DNA of 64,000 bases, taken from Bacillota bacterium (GTDB taxonomy: Bacteria > Bacillota > Clostridia > Christensenellales > DTU072). A model generated the notes under the pieces. It was not told the origin of the DNA. It did not search any database and worked only from the letters and a program-made list of their open reading frames with translations. This document shows positions 33,997 through 43,621 of this stretch, piece by piece. The stretch spans positions 2,464 through 66,463 of the forward strand of contig WQYD01000003.1 of the NCBI GenBank assembly GCA_009781445.1, read 5' to 3'. The position numbers and the translations under genes are program-made. Every line of letters begins with the position of its first letter. Position 1 is the first letter of the stretch.

Positions 33997-34698
33997 TTAT
34001 CCCTCAAAAACGATTTCAGTCCCAAAAGTATTCCCCTTATCAATAGGGGTAATGGAAACGATTTGTTTGCCTTCGTTTAAAAGCGCAAGTTCTGTAAAGC
34101 GCGTTACGATACCAATATCAAATTTACTCATTTTCTTTTTAAGGATAAATTTAAGAGGCCCTCTTCCGAAGTAATCAATATTAACCTTGTTTTCACTAAA
34201 GGTTAATTTCCAAGGCTGATCGTTAACAGCAGAGGGGGCAATTCTTGCGGTGCGGGCGATTTTATTATCTTCATTACTCATTTCTAAAACGCTAACGCGC
34301 TTAAAATCCTGTTCGCCTTTTCTTAACGGCACTTCGGTTTTGCCGAAAGCTATCATGATTGCATATTCCTGCCGTTCGGTTTTGGATTTGGGGCGCGCCA
34401 GCCCAAGCCAAAGCGAACCAAGCCCTTTTGCTTGAAGCCATAAATCAAATTCCTGAATAACGAAACCCGCGTTAATATATTCTAAAGTTAACGGTTCGCA
34501 GTAAGCAAGCGCGTAATGCGGTGCGTGGTTATCATTAACCGCTTCGCCTGTGCTAAGTTCAAACCTCACCGTGCAACCGCTTAATTGCTTAATGCCGTTA
34601 AGATAATCTTTAATTTCATTTAATTCTAATTCGGATAATTTTTCATTTAAAAATTTTCTTACCGAACGCCTTTTAAACATTGTTTCATATAAGTTCAT
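33997..34698 (-). CDS. Nitroreductase-family protein
   Basis: MNLYETMFKRRSVRKF is a typical nitroreductase N-terminus. The start is set to the ATG at 34698, preceded by GGGGAATGAGG. Confidence 0.7.
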   Translation of the reverse strand: MNLYETMFKRRSVRKFLNEKLSELELNEIKDYLNGIKQLSGCTVRFELSTGEAVNDNHAPHYALAYCEPLTLEYINAGFVIQEFDLWLQAKGLGSLWLGLARPKSKTERQEYAIMIAFGKTEVPLRKGEQDFKRVSVLEMSNEDNKIARTARIAPSAVNDQPWKLTFSENKVNIDYFGRGPLKFILKKKMSKFDIGIVTRFTELALLNEGKQIVSITPIDKGNTFGTEIVFEG

Positions 34699-34969
34699 TT
34701 GCCTCATTCCCCTTAATATTTGTTCTGTGATTCCTTTAAAACATACTAACACAAAGGTTGACAAATGTAAACCAATGCCACATAATTAGGTGTGTCCACT
34801 GCGTGGATTTAAAAAAATTAGCAATGAGTTTTAGGTTTAGTTTTGGCTTTTGCGGGCTTCGGGCGTACTTGCTGTACGCTAAAAAGCACGCAAAAGGCGG
34901 AAATAAGCCAAAAATGCAAGCTAAGGTTTTAAGTCCACGCAATGGGCGCGCCTCATATAATAAAGGAAC

Positions 34970-35875
34970 ATGGGAAAATCACAATATATTACAAAGCATG
35001 ACAAAAGCACTAAAATCGTTCTTCGCGTAACGATTATCGGCATTCTTGCCAACCTTGTGCTAGTGATTTTGAAATCCGTTTTCGGGTTTATTTTTGGCAA
35101 CCTTTCTGTGCTTTCCGATGCCGTGCATTCTGCTTCGGATTTATTTACTTCGCTTTTTATTATTGTTGCGGTTTTTATTTCAAGCCCCAAAAGGGATAAA
35201 GAACATAACTACGGGCATGAAAAGGTGGAATATCTGTTTGTGCTGTTCTTCGCTGTGGTTATTGCCGTGGTGGGCGGGCTTTTGGCTTGGCAGGGGGTTG
35301 AGGGAATTGTTTCACCCAAAAAATCCGAATTTAATTGGTACCTTGTAAGCGTAACGGTTGCGTCTATGGTTATCAAAGAGGGGCTTTTTTGGTACGAAAT
35401 CTATTACGCGAAAAAGACTGGTTCGGAAATGCTAAAAGCAGACGCTTGGCACAGCCGTTCGGATAGCTTATCCTCAGTTGCCGTACTCATTGGCTTAGTT
35501 TGCGCGAACTTTATTAAAACCAATATTGCGGAAAGCATTGCGGTACTAATCGTATCCTTAATGATGTTCAAAGTGGCTTATGACATTGCAAAGCCTGCCT
35601 TAAATCAGCTTACGGACAGGGCTGCAAGCGATAAAACCATTGAAAAGATTAAAGAAGTTACCCTATCGGTAAGCGGTGTAAATTCAGTGGAAAGCCTAAG
35701 AACAAGGCTTTTCGGAAAAAGCATTTTTGTGGATTTGATTATAGGGGTTAACGGAAATTTAACCGTTAATGAAGCGTACGAAATCGCCGAAACCGCACAT
35801 AACGCACTTGAAGCTACGGAAGAACTTACGATTAAACATTGTGTGGTGAGTGTGAAGCCAAGTAATGAAATATAA
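34970..35875 (+). CDS. Cation diffusion facilitator (CDF) family metal efflux transporter
   Basis: SDAVHSASD and HNYGHEKVE motifs, 6 TM helices and a C-terminal cytoplasmic domain. Confidence 0.8.
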   Translation: MGKSQYITKHDKSTKIVLRVTIIGILANLVLVILKSVFGFIFGNLSVLSDAVHSASDLFTSLFIIVAVFISSPKRDKEHNYGHEKVEYLFVLFFAVVIAVVGGLLAWQGVEGIVSPKKSEFNWYLVSVTVASMVIKEGLFWYEIYYAKKTGSEMLKADAWHSRSDSLSSVAVLIGLVCANFIKTNIAESIAVLIVSLMMFKVAYDIAKPALNQLTDRAASDKTIEKIKEVTLSVSGVNSVESLRTRLFGKSIFVDLIIGVNGNLTVNEAYEIAETAHNALEATEELTIKHCVVSVKPSNEI

Positions 35876-35940
35876 AATATAAAATATAAGAACCTGCCTG
35901 TGGCAGAACCTTGGTGTCGCCTTGCAGGCTTAACTAAAAA

Positions 35941-36099
35941 TATGAATTATGGAATTTTTTATTAAGAATTTATCTTAATTAGATTTAGAATCCACCATTC
36001 GTAAATCGTAAGTCGTAAGTCGTCATTACTCTTAATGAGATTTAGATTCCACCATTGTGCGCTGTGCGCTGTGCGCTGTGCGCTGTGCGCTGTGCGCTG
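35941..36099. repeat. Family-1 element (one-armed; duplicated core)
   Basis: Degenerate AAGAATT part - core - (CGTAAGT)x3 - core - (TGTGCGC)x6. The inner part is nearly identical to 22905-23016. Confidence 0.9.
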
Positions 36100-36104
36100 A
36101 CACA

Positions 36105-36767
36105 TTACGCTTCGTCCCTAAACCACTTCTCAAGTGAATCGTCCTCGGGGTTTGAGGAACTTGAACTTAAGAGGCGGAAAAGTTTTGAAAAGCCTTCTGC
36201 GCCCTTAATGATTTTTGGTTCAAGAACAGGGGAAAACTTTTTAAGTGTTTCTTTATTAAAATCTTCACCGATTCCCACAGGGAAAATTTTAATCTCTCTT
36301 GATTTAACCATTTCGCTTAGGGCTTTGGCGGATTCTTCGTAATCGTCCGTAGGTTCGCCGTCCGACATTAATAGCATAATAGGCTTATAATGTTCAATAT
36401 CATTTTCGCGGTAATAATTGCGCCGTGCTTTCAAAAGTTCTATCGCCTCGCTAACCGCCGAACCCATTGGGGTTTTGCCTCCTGCGTACAGCCCCAAAAA
36501 TTTAATGTTTTCAATGCTTTCGTAGCCCCATTTAACTTTAACCGTGTCGCCGAAAGTGATTATGGCAATATCTGCAATTCTGCCCGCCTTGGGATCGTTT
36601 TTTACATAACGCAAAAAGTCCTCAATGTTTTTATTGAGTTCTTTAATCTTCTCACCTGCCATGCTTCCGCTATCGTCAAGAACCATGCAAATAGGAACTT
36701 TGCGCGAAATCTTTATCGTTTTTGCGCTGTAATCACCGAAATCAAGTTCGTCAAAAAAATCTCTCAT
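36105..36767 (-). CDS. von Willebrand factor A (vWA) domain protein, TerY-like
   Basis: MIDAS motif VLDDSGSM, ...GGKTPMG... and LLMSDGEPTD, 220 aa. Confidence 0.75.
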   Translation of the reverse strand: MRDFFDELDFGDYSAKTIKISRKVPICMVLDDSGSMAGEKIKELNKNIEDFLRYVKNDPKAGRIADIAIITFGDTVKVKWGYESIENIKFLGLYAGGKTPMGSAVSEAIELLKARRNYYRENDIEHYKPIMLLMSDGEPTDDYEESAKALSEMVKSREIKIFPVGIGEDFNKETLKKFSPVLEPKIIKGAEGFSKLFRLLSSSSSNPEDDSLEKWFRDEA

Positions 36768-36774
36768 ATTAAAA

Positions 36775-37683
36775 TTATCCTCTATTTAAAAAGAAGTTCA
36801 GCATTTCCCTGTTAGTTTCCTCGCTTTCCTTATAATCATGGTTAATAACAGGGAAAACATGGGTTAAAGGTTTTTTAGCCTTATCCCAAAAGCGCAATTT
36901 ATATTCCGCGCCCAAATTATCAAGGATTTTTACAAAACTTTTTGTTTGGAATTTCAAAAAATCCTGTTCGCTACTCGCCACATAAATCGGGGGCAAAAGT
37001 TCTTTGTTGGCGCAGTATTTAAAGGATATATCTTTCCTGATATCCGATTTCCTATATCCCTTGCCAAGAATCATTTTAAGCATTCCGCCAGCAGGGGCGA
37101 ACAGGCGGTATTTATACACAATTTCAAGATCCGTGGCAGGGCAAATCAATCCAAGTGCCTTAATTTTTAATTCAGACGGCTTTTGGTTAAACCTTTCTTG
37201 ATACCCTTCGCAATTATTTATCATTGAAGCAAGCACGGCAAGATGCCCGCCTGCGGAATCACCCACCACAAAAAAATTATCCTTATCGCCACCGTATTTG
37301 GTTATATTTTGATTTGCCCATTCAAGCGCACTAAAAATATCCTTAACTTGTTCTTTCAACGAAACCTCAGGCACAAGGCGGTAATTGATATTAAAAACCA
37401 AAAAGCCCTCGCTTGCAATAAACATTCCGAAGTGCTTATTAAGCCTTTTTGTGCCGTAAAGCCAACCGCCACCGTGAATATTGAAAACCACAGGAAGCAT
37501 ATCGCTTGCACCCTTTTGCTTATAAATATCCAAAAGGTGCATAGGATTTTCACTGCCGTTTATGTAAGGAATATCCTCATAAATATCCGCACCCTCTGGC
37601 GCAGTTTGCTTTGCGATTCTTTTATTGTCGCACCTCGCCGTGTGATTCCAAAAAGCCTTAAGCATTAGTTTGCTGATTAACAT
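36775..37683 (-). CDS. Alpha/beta hydrolase (esterase/lipase, HSL-like)
   Basis: HGGGW oxyanion motif and GDSAGG nucleophile elbow. Confidence 0.75.
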   Translation of the reverse strand: MLISKLMLKAFWNHTARCDNKRIAKQTAPEGADIYEDIPYINGSENPMHLLDIYKQKGASDMLPVVFNIHGGGWLYGTKRLNKHFGMFIASEGFLVFNINYRLVPEVSLKEQVKDIFSALEWANQNITKYGGDKDNFFVVGDSAGGHLAVLASMINNCEGYQERFNQKPSELKIKALGLICPATDLEIVYKYRLFAPAGGMLKMILGKGYRKSDIRKDISFKYCANKELLPPIYVASSEQDFLKFQTKSFVKILDNLGAEYKLRFWDKAKKPLTHVFPVINHDYKESEETNREMLNFFLNRG

Positions 37684-37699
37684 TTGTTACACCTTCTTT

Positions 37700-37787
37700 A
37701 ATTAAGAATTCAGAATTCAGAATTCAGAATTGTGGATTAATTAATATTGAAATTAAAATTCCGCCATGTTTCTCGTTTCTCGTTTCA
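37700..37787. repeat. Family-1 element (short)
   Basis: (AAGAATT/CAGAATT)x4 - gtggattaattaat - degenerate core attccgccat - (GTTTCTC)x2.5. Confidence 0.8.
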
Positions 37788-37790
37788 CTT

Positions 37791-37823
37791 TATAAAAATA
37801 TGCAGGACTTTCGCCCTGCATAT
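37791..37823 (-). terminator. Rho-independent terminator downstream of lipoprotein gene 37849..39297
   Basis: atatgcagg / cctgcatat stem with an 8-nt loop and TTTTT on the minus strand. It directly abuts repeat 37700-37787. Confidence 0.6.
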
Positions 37824-37848
37824 ATTCTAACATATTTGTAACTAAAAG

Positions 37849-39297
37849 TTAATCGGAAATTTCCGTGTAGGTGTTTAAATCAAGCGGAAGCCTTGGAACT
37901 AAGGACGAAATCGTTTCGCTATACTCTGTTTCGCCCACTGTAAGTTTACCGCTTTTGTACTCTGTGTTATCAAAGTTAAGTGTTATTATTTCGCTTGTTT
38001 CGGTATCTGTTTCAAGAGTTAGGGTAACCGTAACCGCCAAGTTATCAAACACTACTGCCACATTGCCTTCGCTGTTAAGTGCGGTGAAAATTATGGCTTT
38101 GGGGATAAACAACTCTATATCTTCTTTATACATTGGGTTAGAATAAAGTTCTTCACTCATAACTAAAAACTTCTCAAGCCCTGTGTTAACATAGCTTAAC
38201 CGCTTACCCAACTCATTATCAATATAGGAATAGAATAGCTTTTCGCCGTTCTTGTAATAATACTTTCCGCTATCCGAATACACCCCGAAAATGTTAGTTT
38301 CTTCACCGTTTGTAACGGTTGTTTCGTAAAATTCCATGCCCCAAATTTTGCCTTTTAAGAAATCAAAAATCACCCCGTCATTAACTTCGGGAATATAATC
38401 CGAACTTTCATAAGATTCTAAATCCTCAAAAGGGACTATCGTGCTTGCCTCTTTGCTGATATTAACTTCGGAATCAAGACGGCTGTTTATGGTTATTGTT
38501 TCGGTTTCGCTGTTTTCATTTTCTGTGGCGTACACAAGCCTTATATCAAGGTTTGTTTTAATGCCTCTTATAAATCCGTCCTGAATTGTAACGATAACTT
38601 CGCCCTTTGCATGAGAGTTGCTTTTGTGTTCTTCAGCCATGGTTACATTCTCGCCACCGCCAAACGAATTGTAAAGCCCTAAAATAGTTTCTTCCTCGTT
38701 AATCGTGCGTGTTACCGTGGTAATGCCTTCTTTCATTATTCCTGTGTGCTTAGAAAAGGAAATGCCGTCAAAATCAACCATGGATTTAACGAAAGGAATA
38801 GATTTTAAGCCAAATATCTCATTTTTTAAGCAAAAATCCACATATTTTTCGGGTATTGCGCGCTTAATTTTGTGGCTATTTTCTTCGCCTGTTTCTTCCT
38901 CACTCATATAAAGCACAAAATCAGCGAAATAGGTTTTTGAAGTCCGTTCCCTTTCGGTTTCTTCCTCATAAATATCCTTTTGGATTTCGGCGGTATAAAT
39001 AACGGGCTTTCCGCCTATTTCTGCCTTATCCGCCCTTGATATAACGCGCGTTTCCTGCTTATCTTTGGTTATTTCCTCGCCGTTATCGGACAAAAATTCC
39101 TGAATTTGATTGTACTGCGCGTGAACCCCATAATTATTAAGTGCCAAAGTTTTGTCCTTTGCAGATTCCAAAACGGTGTGTGCGTTTTCAATTTCTTTAC
39201 CGTGGTTGCCGTTTTTATCGTTGCAAGCAACGGCTATTGCCATCACAAACGCGATAGAAATCAGCAAACTTACAAATAATTGTAGTTTTTTCTTCAT
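37849..39297 (-). CDS. Lipoprotein (hypothetical), 482 aa
   Basis: Lipobox AIAVAC. Acidic, Thr/Glu-rich, with no recognisable catalytic motif. Confidence 0.5.
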   Translation of the reverse strand: MKKKLQLFVSLLISIAFVMAIAVACNDKNGNHGKEIENAHTVLESAKDKTLALNNYGVHAQYNQIQEFLSDNGEEITKDKQETRVISRADKAEIGGKPVIYTAEIQKDIYEEETERERTSKTYFADFVLYMSEEETGEENSHKIKRAIPEKYVDFCLKNEIFGLKSIPFVKSMVDFDGISFSKHTGIMKEGITTVTRTINEEETILGLYNSFGGGENVTMAEEHKSNSHAKGEVIVTIQDGFIRGIKTNLDIRLVYATENENSETETITINSRLDSEVNISKEASTIVPFEDLESYESSDYIPEVNDGVIFDFLKGKIWGMEFYETTVTNGEETNIFGVYSDSGKYYYKNGEKLFYSYIDNELGKRLSYVNTGLEKFLVMSEELYSNPMYKEDIELFIPKAIIFTALNSEGNVAVVFDNLAVTVTLTLETDTETSEIITLNFDNTEYKSGKLTVGETEYSETISSLVPRLPLDLNTYTEISD

Positions 39298-39385
39298 AAA
39301 CCTCCAAATGTTTGGTTTAGTATTAGCAAATATTAAAAATGTATGCTATCATATCACCAAATGCCATTACTAAAAAGGAATTGCT

Positions 39386-40525
39386 ATGAACAAAGTTTTT
39401 TTATGTAAAGAAATTGCCAAGGGTGAAACGCGCGTTGCTTTAAACCCTGCCGATGCCAAAAAGCTTATTGAACTCGGATATGAACTATCCGTGCAAAGCG
39501 GTGCGGGTGCTGTGGCAGGATATAAGGATTCGGAATACGAATCCGCAGGTGCAAGCCTTGTGAAAACGCTTAAAGACGGCTATGCTTTTGCAGATATTAT
39601 TATAAGGATTAACAAGCCCGACAGCGTGGCAGGAATTAAGGAAAACACATTGCATGTTAGTTCGCTTGATGTTTTTAACGAAACAGGGCTTGTGCAGGAT
39701 TTTGCAAAAGCAAATGTGAAAGCCGTTAGCCTTGAAATGATGCCCCGTTCCACAATAGCGCAAAAAATGGATATTCAAAGTTCGCAAGCCTCTCTTGCAG
39801 GCTATTATGCGGTGATTCTTGCTTCCTCACGGATTCCCAAAATCTTCCCCATGATGATGACGCCTTCGGGAACAATACCCCCCGTAAGCATTTTTATTAT
39901 CGGCGTGGGCGTGGCTGGGCTTCAAGCTATTGCCACAGCTAAGAGGCTGGGCGCAAGGGTTTCCGCATTTGACACCCGCCCCGTGGTGGAAGAAGAAGTG
40001 AAATCCCTCGGTGCAAAATTCGTTAAAATTGATTTGGGCGAAACAGGGCAAACAGAACAAGGCTACGCCAAAGAACTAACCCCCGAACAAATTGAAATTC
40101 AAAGAAAAGCGCAGGCAAAAGTTTGTGCCTCGTCTAATGTGGTTATTACCACAGCTAAGGTTTTCGGACGCAAAGCCCCCTTACTTTTAACCAAAGAAAT
40201 GATAAGCCAAATGAAAAGCGGTTCAATTATTATAGATATGGCGGTTAAGACGGGCGGAAATGTGGAAGGTTCAGATCCCGAAAGAGATGTGGTTCTTGAA
40301 AACGGCGTAACCATAATCGGCGGTGATTCTCTTGAACGCTTTGTGGCAAAGGACGCAACGGATATGTTTTCAGGAAATATCCTTGCTTTCCTCTCTCACT
40401 TTTGGAATAAAGAAGCTAAATCTTTCAACCTTGACACCGAGGACGAAATTATCAGCGGTTGCTTAATAACCGCAAACGGCGAAGTTGTGAACAGCAGGGT
40501 TAAGCAAGTGTTGGGCAACGCTTAA
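39386..40525 (+). CDS. pntAA: NAD(P) transhydrogenase subunit alpha, part 1
   Basis: 379 aa with an alanine-dehydrogenase/PNT fold and a GVGVAGLQAIATAKRLGA dinucleotide motif, followed by pntAB and pntB. Confidence 0.85.
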   Translation: MNKVFLCKEIAKGETRVALNPADAKKLIELGYELSVQSGAGAVAGYKDSEYESAGASLVKTLKDGYAFADIIIRINKPDSVAGIKENTLHVSSLDVFNETGLVQDFAKANVKAVSLEMMPRSTIAQKMDIQSSQASLAGYYAVILASSRIPKIFPMMMTPSGTIPPVSIFIIGVGVAGLQAIATAKRLGARVSAFDTRPVVEEEVKSLGAKFVKIDLGETGQTEQGYAKELTPEQIEIQRKAQAKVCASSNVVITTAKVFGRKAPLLLTKEMISQMKSGSIIIDMAVKTGGNVEGSDPERDVVLENGVTIIGGDSLERFVAKDATDMFSGNILAFLSHFWNKEAKSFNLDTEDEIISGCLITANGEVVNSRVKQVLGNA

Positions 40526-40531
40526 GCGTTG

Positions 40532-40655
40532 TAATTCAGAATTAAGAATTCAGAATGCAGAATTATGGATTCTAAATATCATTAATAATATAATCTGTCA
40601 TTCGTAAGTAATAATCAATCCGCAATTCTTAATTCTGAATTCTGAATTCTTAATT
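40532..40655. repeat. Family-1 element with CAGAATT arrays on both arms, inside the pnt operon
   Basis: aattcagaattaagaattcagaatgcagaatt ... aattcttaattctgaattctgaattcttaatt flank a reversed core (ggattctaaatatcatta) and cgtaagt. Confidence 0.9.
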
Positions 40656-40674
40656 AAAAAAATAAGAGGTAAAT

Positions 40675-40962
40675 ATGGATTTCATGTTGTTAATTTTCAT
40701 TTTTGTTATCGCCGCATTTTTGGGGGTGGAACTTATATCCAAAGTTCCCTCTCAATTGCACACACCGCTAATGTCTGGCACGAATGCGATTTCGGGCGTT
40801 ACTGTGGTGGGTGCGCTTGCAATGTGCGCCACGCAGTTCACAGGCTCGCTTGGCATGGTTCTTTCATTTATTGCGGTGGTTCTTGCCACAATCAATGTGG
40901 TTGCGGGATATATCGTTACAGATAGAATGCTCGGAATGTTTAAAAATAAGGGGGCGAAATAA
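40675..40962 (+). CDS. pntAB: NAD(P) transhydrogenase subunit alpha, part 2 (membrane)
   Basis: 95 aa with 3 TM helices and AAGAGG RBS. Confidence 0.8.
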   Translation: MDFMLLIFIFVIAAFLGVELISKVPSQLHTPLMSGTNAISGVTVVGALAMCATQFTGSLGMVLSFIAVVLATINVVAGYIVTDRMLGMFKNKGAK

Positions 40963-40964
40963 TT

Positions 40965-42380
40965 ATGTATTTAAATATCGCTTACATGGTTGCATGTGTT
41001 CTTTTTATTATCGGTATCAAGAAGCTATCTAAGCCAAAGAGTGCGCGCCAAGGCAATATGCTATCCGCAGTGGGTATGCTTATTGCGGTTGTTGCGGTGT
41101 TCTTTGATAACGATGTGGTTAAATCTTGGGATACCTCAAATTGGTTGCAAAACGGATATTTGTGGATAGCTATTGCTATCGCGATAGGTTCTGTAATCGG
41201 TGTTATTTGGGCAAAAAAGGTTAAAATGACTAAAATGCCCGAATTGGTGGCAATTCTTAACGGAATCGGTGCGCTTGCGTCTGCGTTCGTTGGGTTTAGT
41301 GAATTTTTGAAAGATAACACAGGCGGAAACGCGGTAACCGCGGTTTCCATAGGGCTTGCAATACTTATCGGCGCGGCAGCTTTCACAGGTTCAATTCTCG
41401 CGTGGGGCAAACTTGCAGAAAAAATCCCGGGGAAAGCCATTGTGTTCAGAGGGCAAAACGCTTTGAACGCGCTTTTAATTCTTGTGGCGGTGGCGTCAAT
41501 TGTGCTGTTTGCAATCCCCTCTCTTGATGTTCAAATTAAAGTTATAGCGGTTTATGTGCTATGCGCGATTTCCTTAATCTTCGGTGTTACGCTTGTTCTG
41601 CCTATCGGCGGTGGCGATATGCCCGTGGTAATTTCGCTTATAAACAGCTTGACTGGTGTGGCAGTGGCAATGGTTGGCTTCATCCTTTCAAACACCGTTC
41701 TTGTGGTTACGGGTTGCTTGGTGGGTGCGTCAGGAATAATCCTAACCCTTATTATGTGCAAAGCCATGAACCGTTCTATCGGCAACCTCTTATTCAGCGG
41801 ATTCGGTTCTGATAAGAAAACCGCAGGAAAAGGCGGTTCGGCAGGTGCAGAACCAAAATCAATTTCGGTTGAAGACGCGTATGTTATGCTTGAATCCGCA
41901 AGTTCGGTTGTTTTCATTCCGGGGTACGGCATGGCGGTTGCGCAAGCCCAACACGCGGTTAAAGAACTTTCTGCAAAACTTGAAGAAAACGGTGCTGAAG
42001 TTAGCTTCGCCGTTCACCCTGTGGCAGGGCGTATGCCGGGGCATATGAATGTGCTTTTGGCTGAGGCGGATATTCCTTACGAACAGCTTAAAACCATGGA
42101 AGAAATCAATCCCACCATGCCCACGCAAGATGTGGCAATAGTTATAGGCGCGAACGATGTGGTTAACCCTTCCGCCGAAACGGATAAATCTTCCCCCATT
42201 TACGGAATGCCGATAATCAAAGCCCACGAAGCAAGAACCGTGTTTGTTCTAAAGCGCGGAAAAGGAAAAGGCTTCTCAGGCATTGAAAACGAATTATTCT
42301 CACGCCAAAACGCACTTATGATTTACGGCGATGCAAAGGCAACCATTTCTTCACTTGCAGGGGAATTTAAGGCGGAATAA
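40965..42380 (+). CDS. pntB: NAD(P) transhydrogenase subunit beta
   Basis: 471 aa with an N-terminal membrane domain. The C-terminal NADP(H) domain has ...GYGMAVAQAQH...VHPVAGRMPGHMNVLLAEA... Confidence 0.9.
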   Translation: MYLNIAYMVACVLFIIGIKKLSKPKSARQGNMLSAVGMLIAVVAVFFDNDVVKSWDTSNWLQNGYLWIAIAIAIGSVIGVIWAKKVKMTKMPELVAILNGIGALASAFVGFSEFLKDNTGGNAVTAVSIGLAILIGAAAFTGSILAWGKLAEKIPGKAIVFRGQNALNALLILVAVASIVLFAIPSLDVQIKVIAVYVLCAISLIFGVTLVLPIGGGDMPVVISLINSLTGVAVAMVGFILSNTVLVVTGCLVGASGIILTLIMCKAMNRSIGNLLFSGFGSDKKTAGKGGSAGAEPKSISVEDAYVMLESASSVVFIPGYGMAVAQAQHAVKELSAKLEENGAEVSFAVHPVAGRMPGHMNVLLAEADIPYEQLKTMEEINPTMPTQDVAIVIGANDVVNPSAETDKSSPIYGMPIIKAHEARTVFVLKRGKGKGFSGIENELFSRQNALMIYGDAKATISSLAGEFKAE

Positions 42381-42444
42381 CCTTAAAATGAAAAACCAAA
42401 AGCTTCTATTGTTCTGCCAGCTGAACTAAAAGTGTGCGCAAGTC

Positions 42445-42474
42445 TTGACAATTAAGCCTTGGTTTTGCTAAAAT
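42445..42474 (+). promoter_or_regulatory. Sigma-70-like promoter of the orphan two-gene cassette
   Basis: TTGACA (42445-42450), an 18-nt spacer, TAAAAT (42469-42474). Confidence 0.5.
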
Positions 42475-42571
42475 GAATATAGGAAGTGCGCCTGTCGCGG
42501 TTAAATATATCCTGATAAGCGTAAGTTTCCTGCAAACGAAGCATACTTATAAATAGGAAGAGAAACAAACA

Positions 42572-42766
42572 ATGAATACTGATATTATGGAAAGGGCTTA
42601 CATTACACCCATTGTAACGCACAAACATATTGATTTTATTGAAAAAAACCCTCACCTTCACAGGGGTAGCGTTTTGCTTGCAACGGCGCGAATTTTTACT
42701 AACGATGAATTGGAACACTTGCGTTGCAAAGAGTTTGAAAAGATTAGAACAAAGAAGAGGAAATAG
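42572..42766 (+). CDS. Hypothetical 64-aa protein
   Basis: ORF with AGGAAGAG upstream. No recognisable motif; basic C-terminus. Confidence 0.3.
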   Translation: MNTDIMERAYITPIVTHKHIDFIEKNPHLHRGSVLLATARIFTNDELEHLRCKEFEKIRTKKRK

Positions 42767-42768
42767 CC

Positions 42769-43395
42769 TTGTTTACAAAAGCTGAAATTGAGGATATTTT
42801 AAGCCTTTACAGAGAAACGAAAGCCTACATACTTAATGCCGAAACTTTTTCGGATAAAGGCTCGCCGACACTTGCGTACGAACTTAGAAATAGCTATGAC
42901 CATTTTTTGCGTGCCGCTCAATACAGAATCCATAAACAGGAAGAAAAGGCTTTAGAAGCATTAAGTCATTCTAAAAATCACATAGTAAGAACTCTTTTTG
43001 ACGCTATTGAGATGCACTTCCTTAACATAAAGTCCGCAATAATTGAGTTGGAAAATAATTACTCTTTTGGCTTGTTGATTCTCGCGATGCCTGACTATAT
43101 TGAAAAGGTGCGAACCAAATTTGAAGAACTTGCTATTGAGTTTAAAAAACTAAAAACAAAAAAGGAAGTAGAAGCCTTTGTTCCTTCGCAAGTTTTAGAA
43201 GATGGCAAAAAATATCTAACCGAAAGCATAGAGTTGTCTGACCTTTTAAAAACAAAACTGCAAACGCTGAGTAGGCTTAAAAAAGAAGAAGAAAGTAGGC
43301 GCAAAAAAGATACAACGAAAAATATACTAATCACGGTTATTGCTGGCGCGGTAATGACTGGTATAGGCTTTATTATGGGGTACTTCATTCCTTGA
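42769..43395 (+). CDS. Hypothetical tail-anchored membrane protein (helical N-domain plus single C-terminal TM)
   Basis: 208 aa. The ORF-track start is TTG and the true start is uncertain. Coiled, charged region followed by ILITVIAGAVMTGIGFIMGYFIP at the extreme C-terminus. Confidence 0.4.
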   Translation: MFTKAEIEDILSLYRETKAYILNAETFSDKGSPTLAYELRNSYDHFLRAAQYRIHKQEEKALEALSHSKNHIVRTLFDAIEMHFLNIKSAIIELENNYSFGLLILAMPDYIEKVRTKFEELAIEFKKLKTKKEVEAFVPSQVLEDGKKYLTESIELSDLLKTKLQTLSRLKKEEESRRKKDTTKNILITVIAGAVMTGIGFIMGYFIP

Positions 43396-43421
43396 TTCGC
43401 TTAAGCAAATCACAATCACCG

Positions 43422-43448
43422 CCCACCGCATTTGGTGGGTTTTGTTTG
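43422..43448 (+). terminator. Rho-independent terminator (also the 5' end of the family-3 repeat)
   Basis: cccacc-gcattt-ggtggg followed by TTTTGTTTG. Confidence 0.55.
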
Positions 43449-43568
43449 TGTGGGTTAGCTTGCTGTGCCGTTACTTTGCCACGGGTTTCACCCGTGGTTA
43501 TGCACATTGCGCCCCCTTGGGTTTCACCCAAGGTTATGCATATCCTGCCCACTACGGGGCAGTTGCGG
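43449..43568. repeat. Family-3 hairpin-cluster repeat
   Basis: gtgtgggttagcttgctgtgccgt...ccacgggtttcacccgtggttatgca...ccttgggtttcacccaaggttatgca...ctgccc..gggcag. Homologous block at 60112-60205. Confidence 0.8.
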
Positions 43569-43616
43569 AATTATTAATGAGATTTAGATTCCACAATTCG
43601 TACTTCGTACCTAAAT
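43569..43616. repeat. Family-1 fragment (core plus TTCGTAC array)
   Basis: attattaatgagatttagattccacaa-ttcgtacttcgtacc. Confidence 0.8.
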
Positions 43617-43621
43617 TTGCC

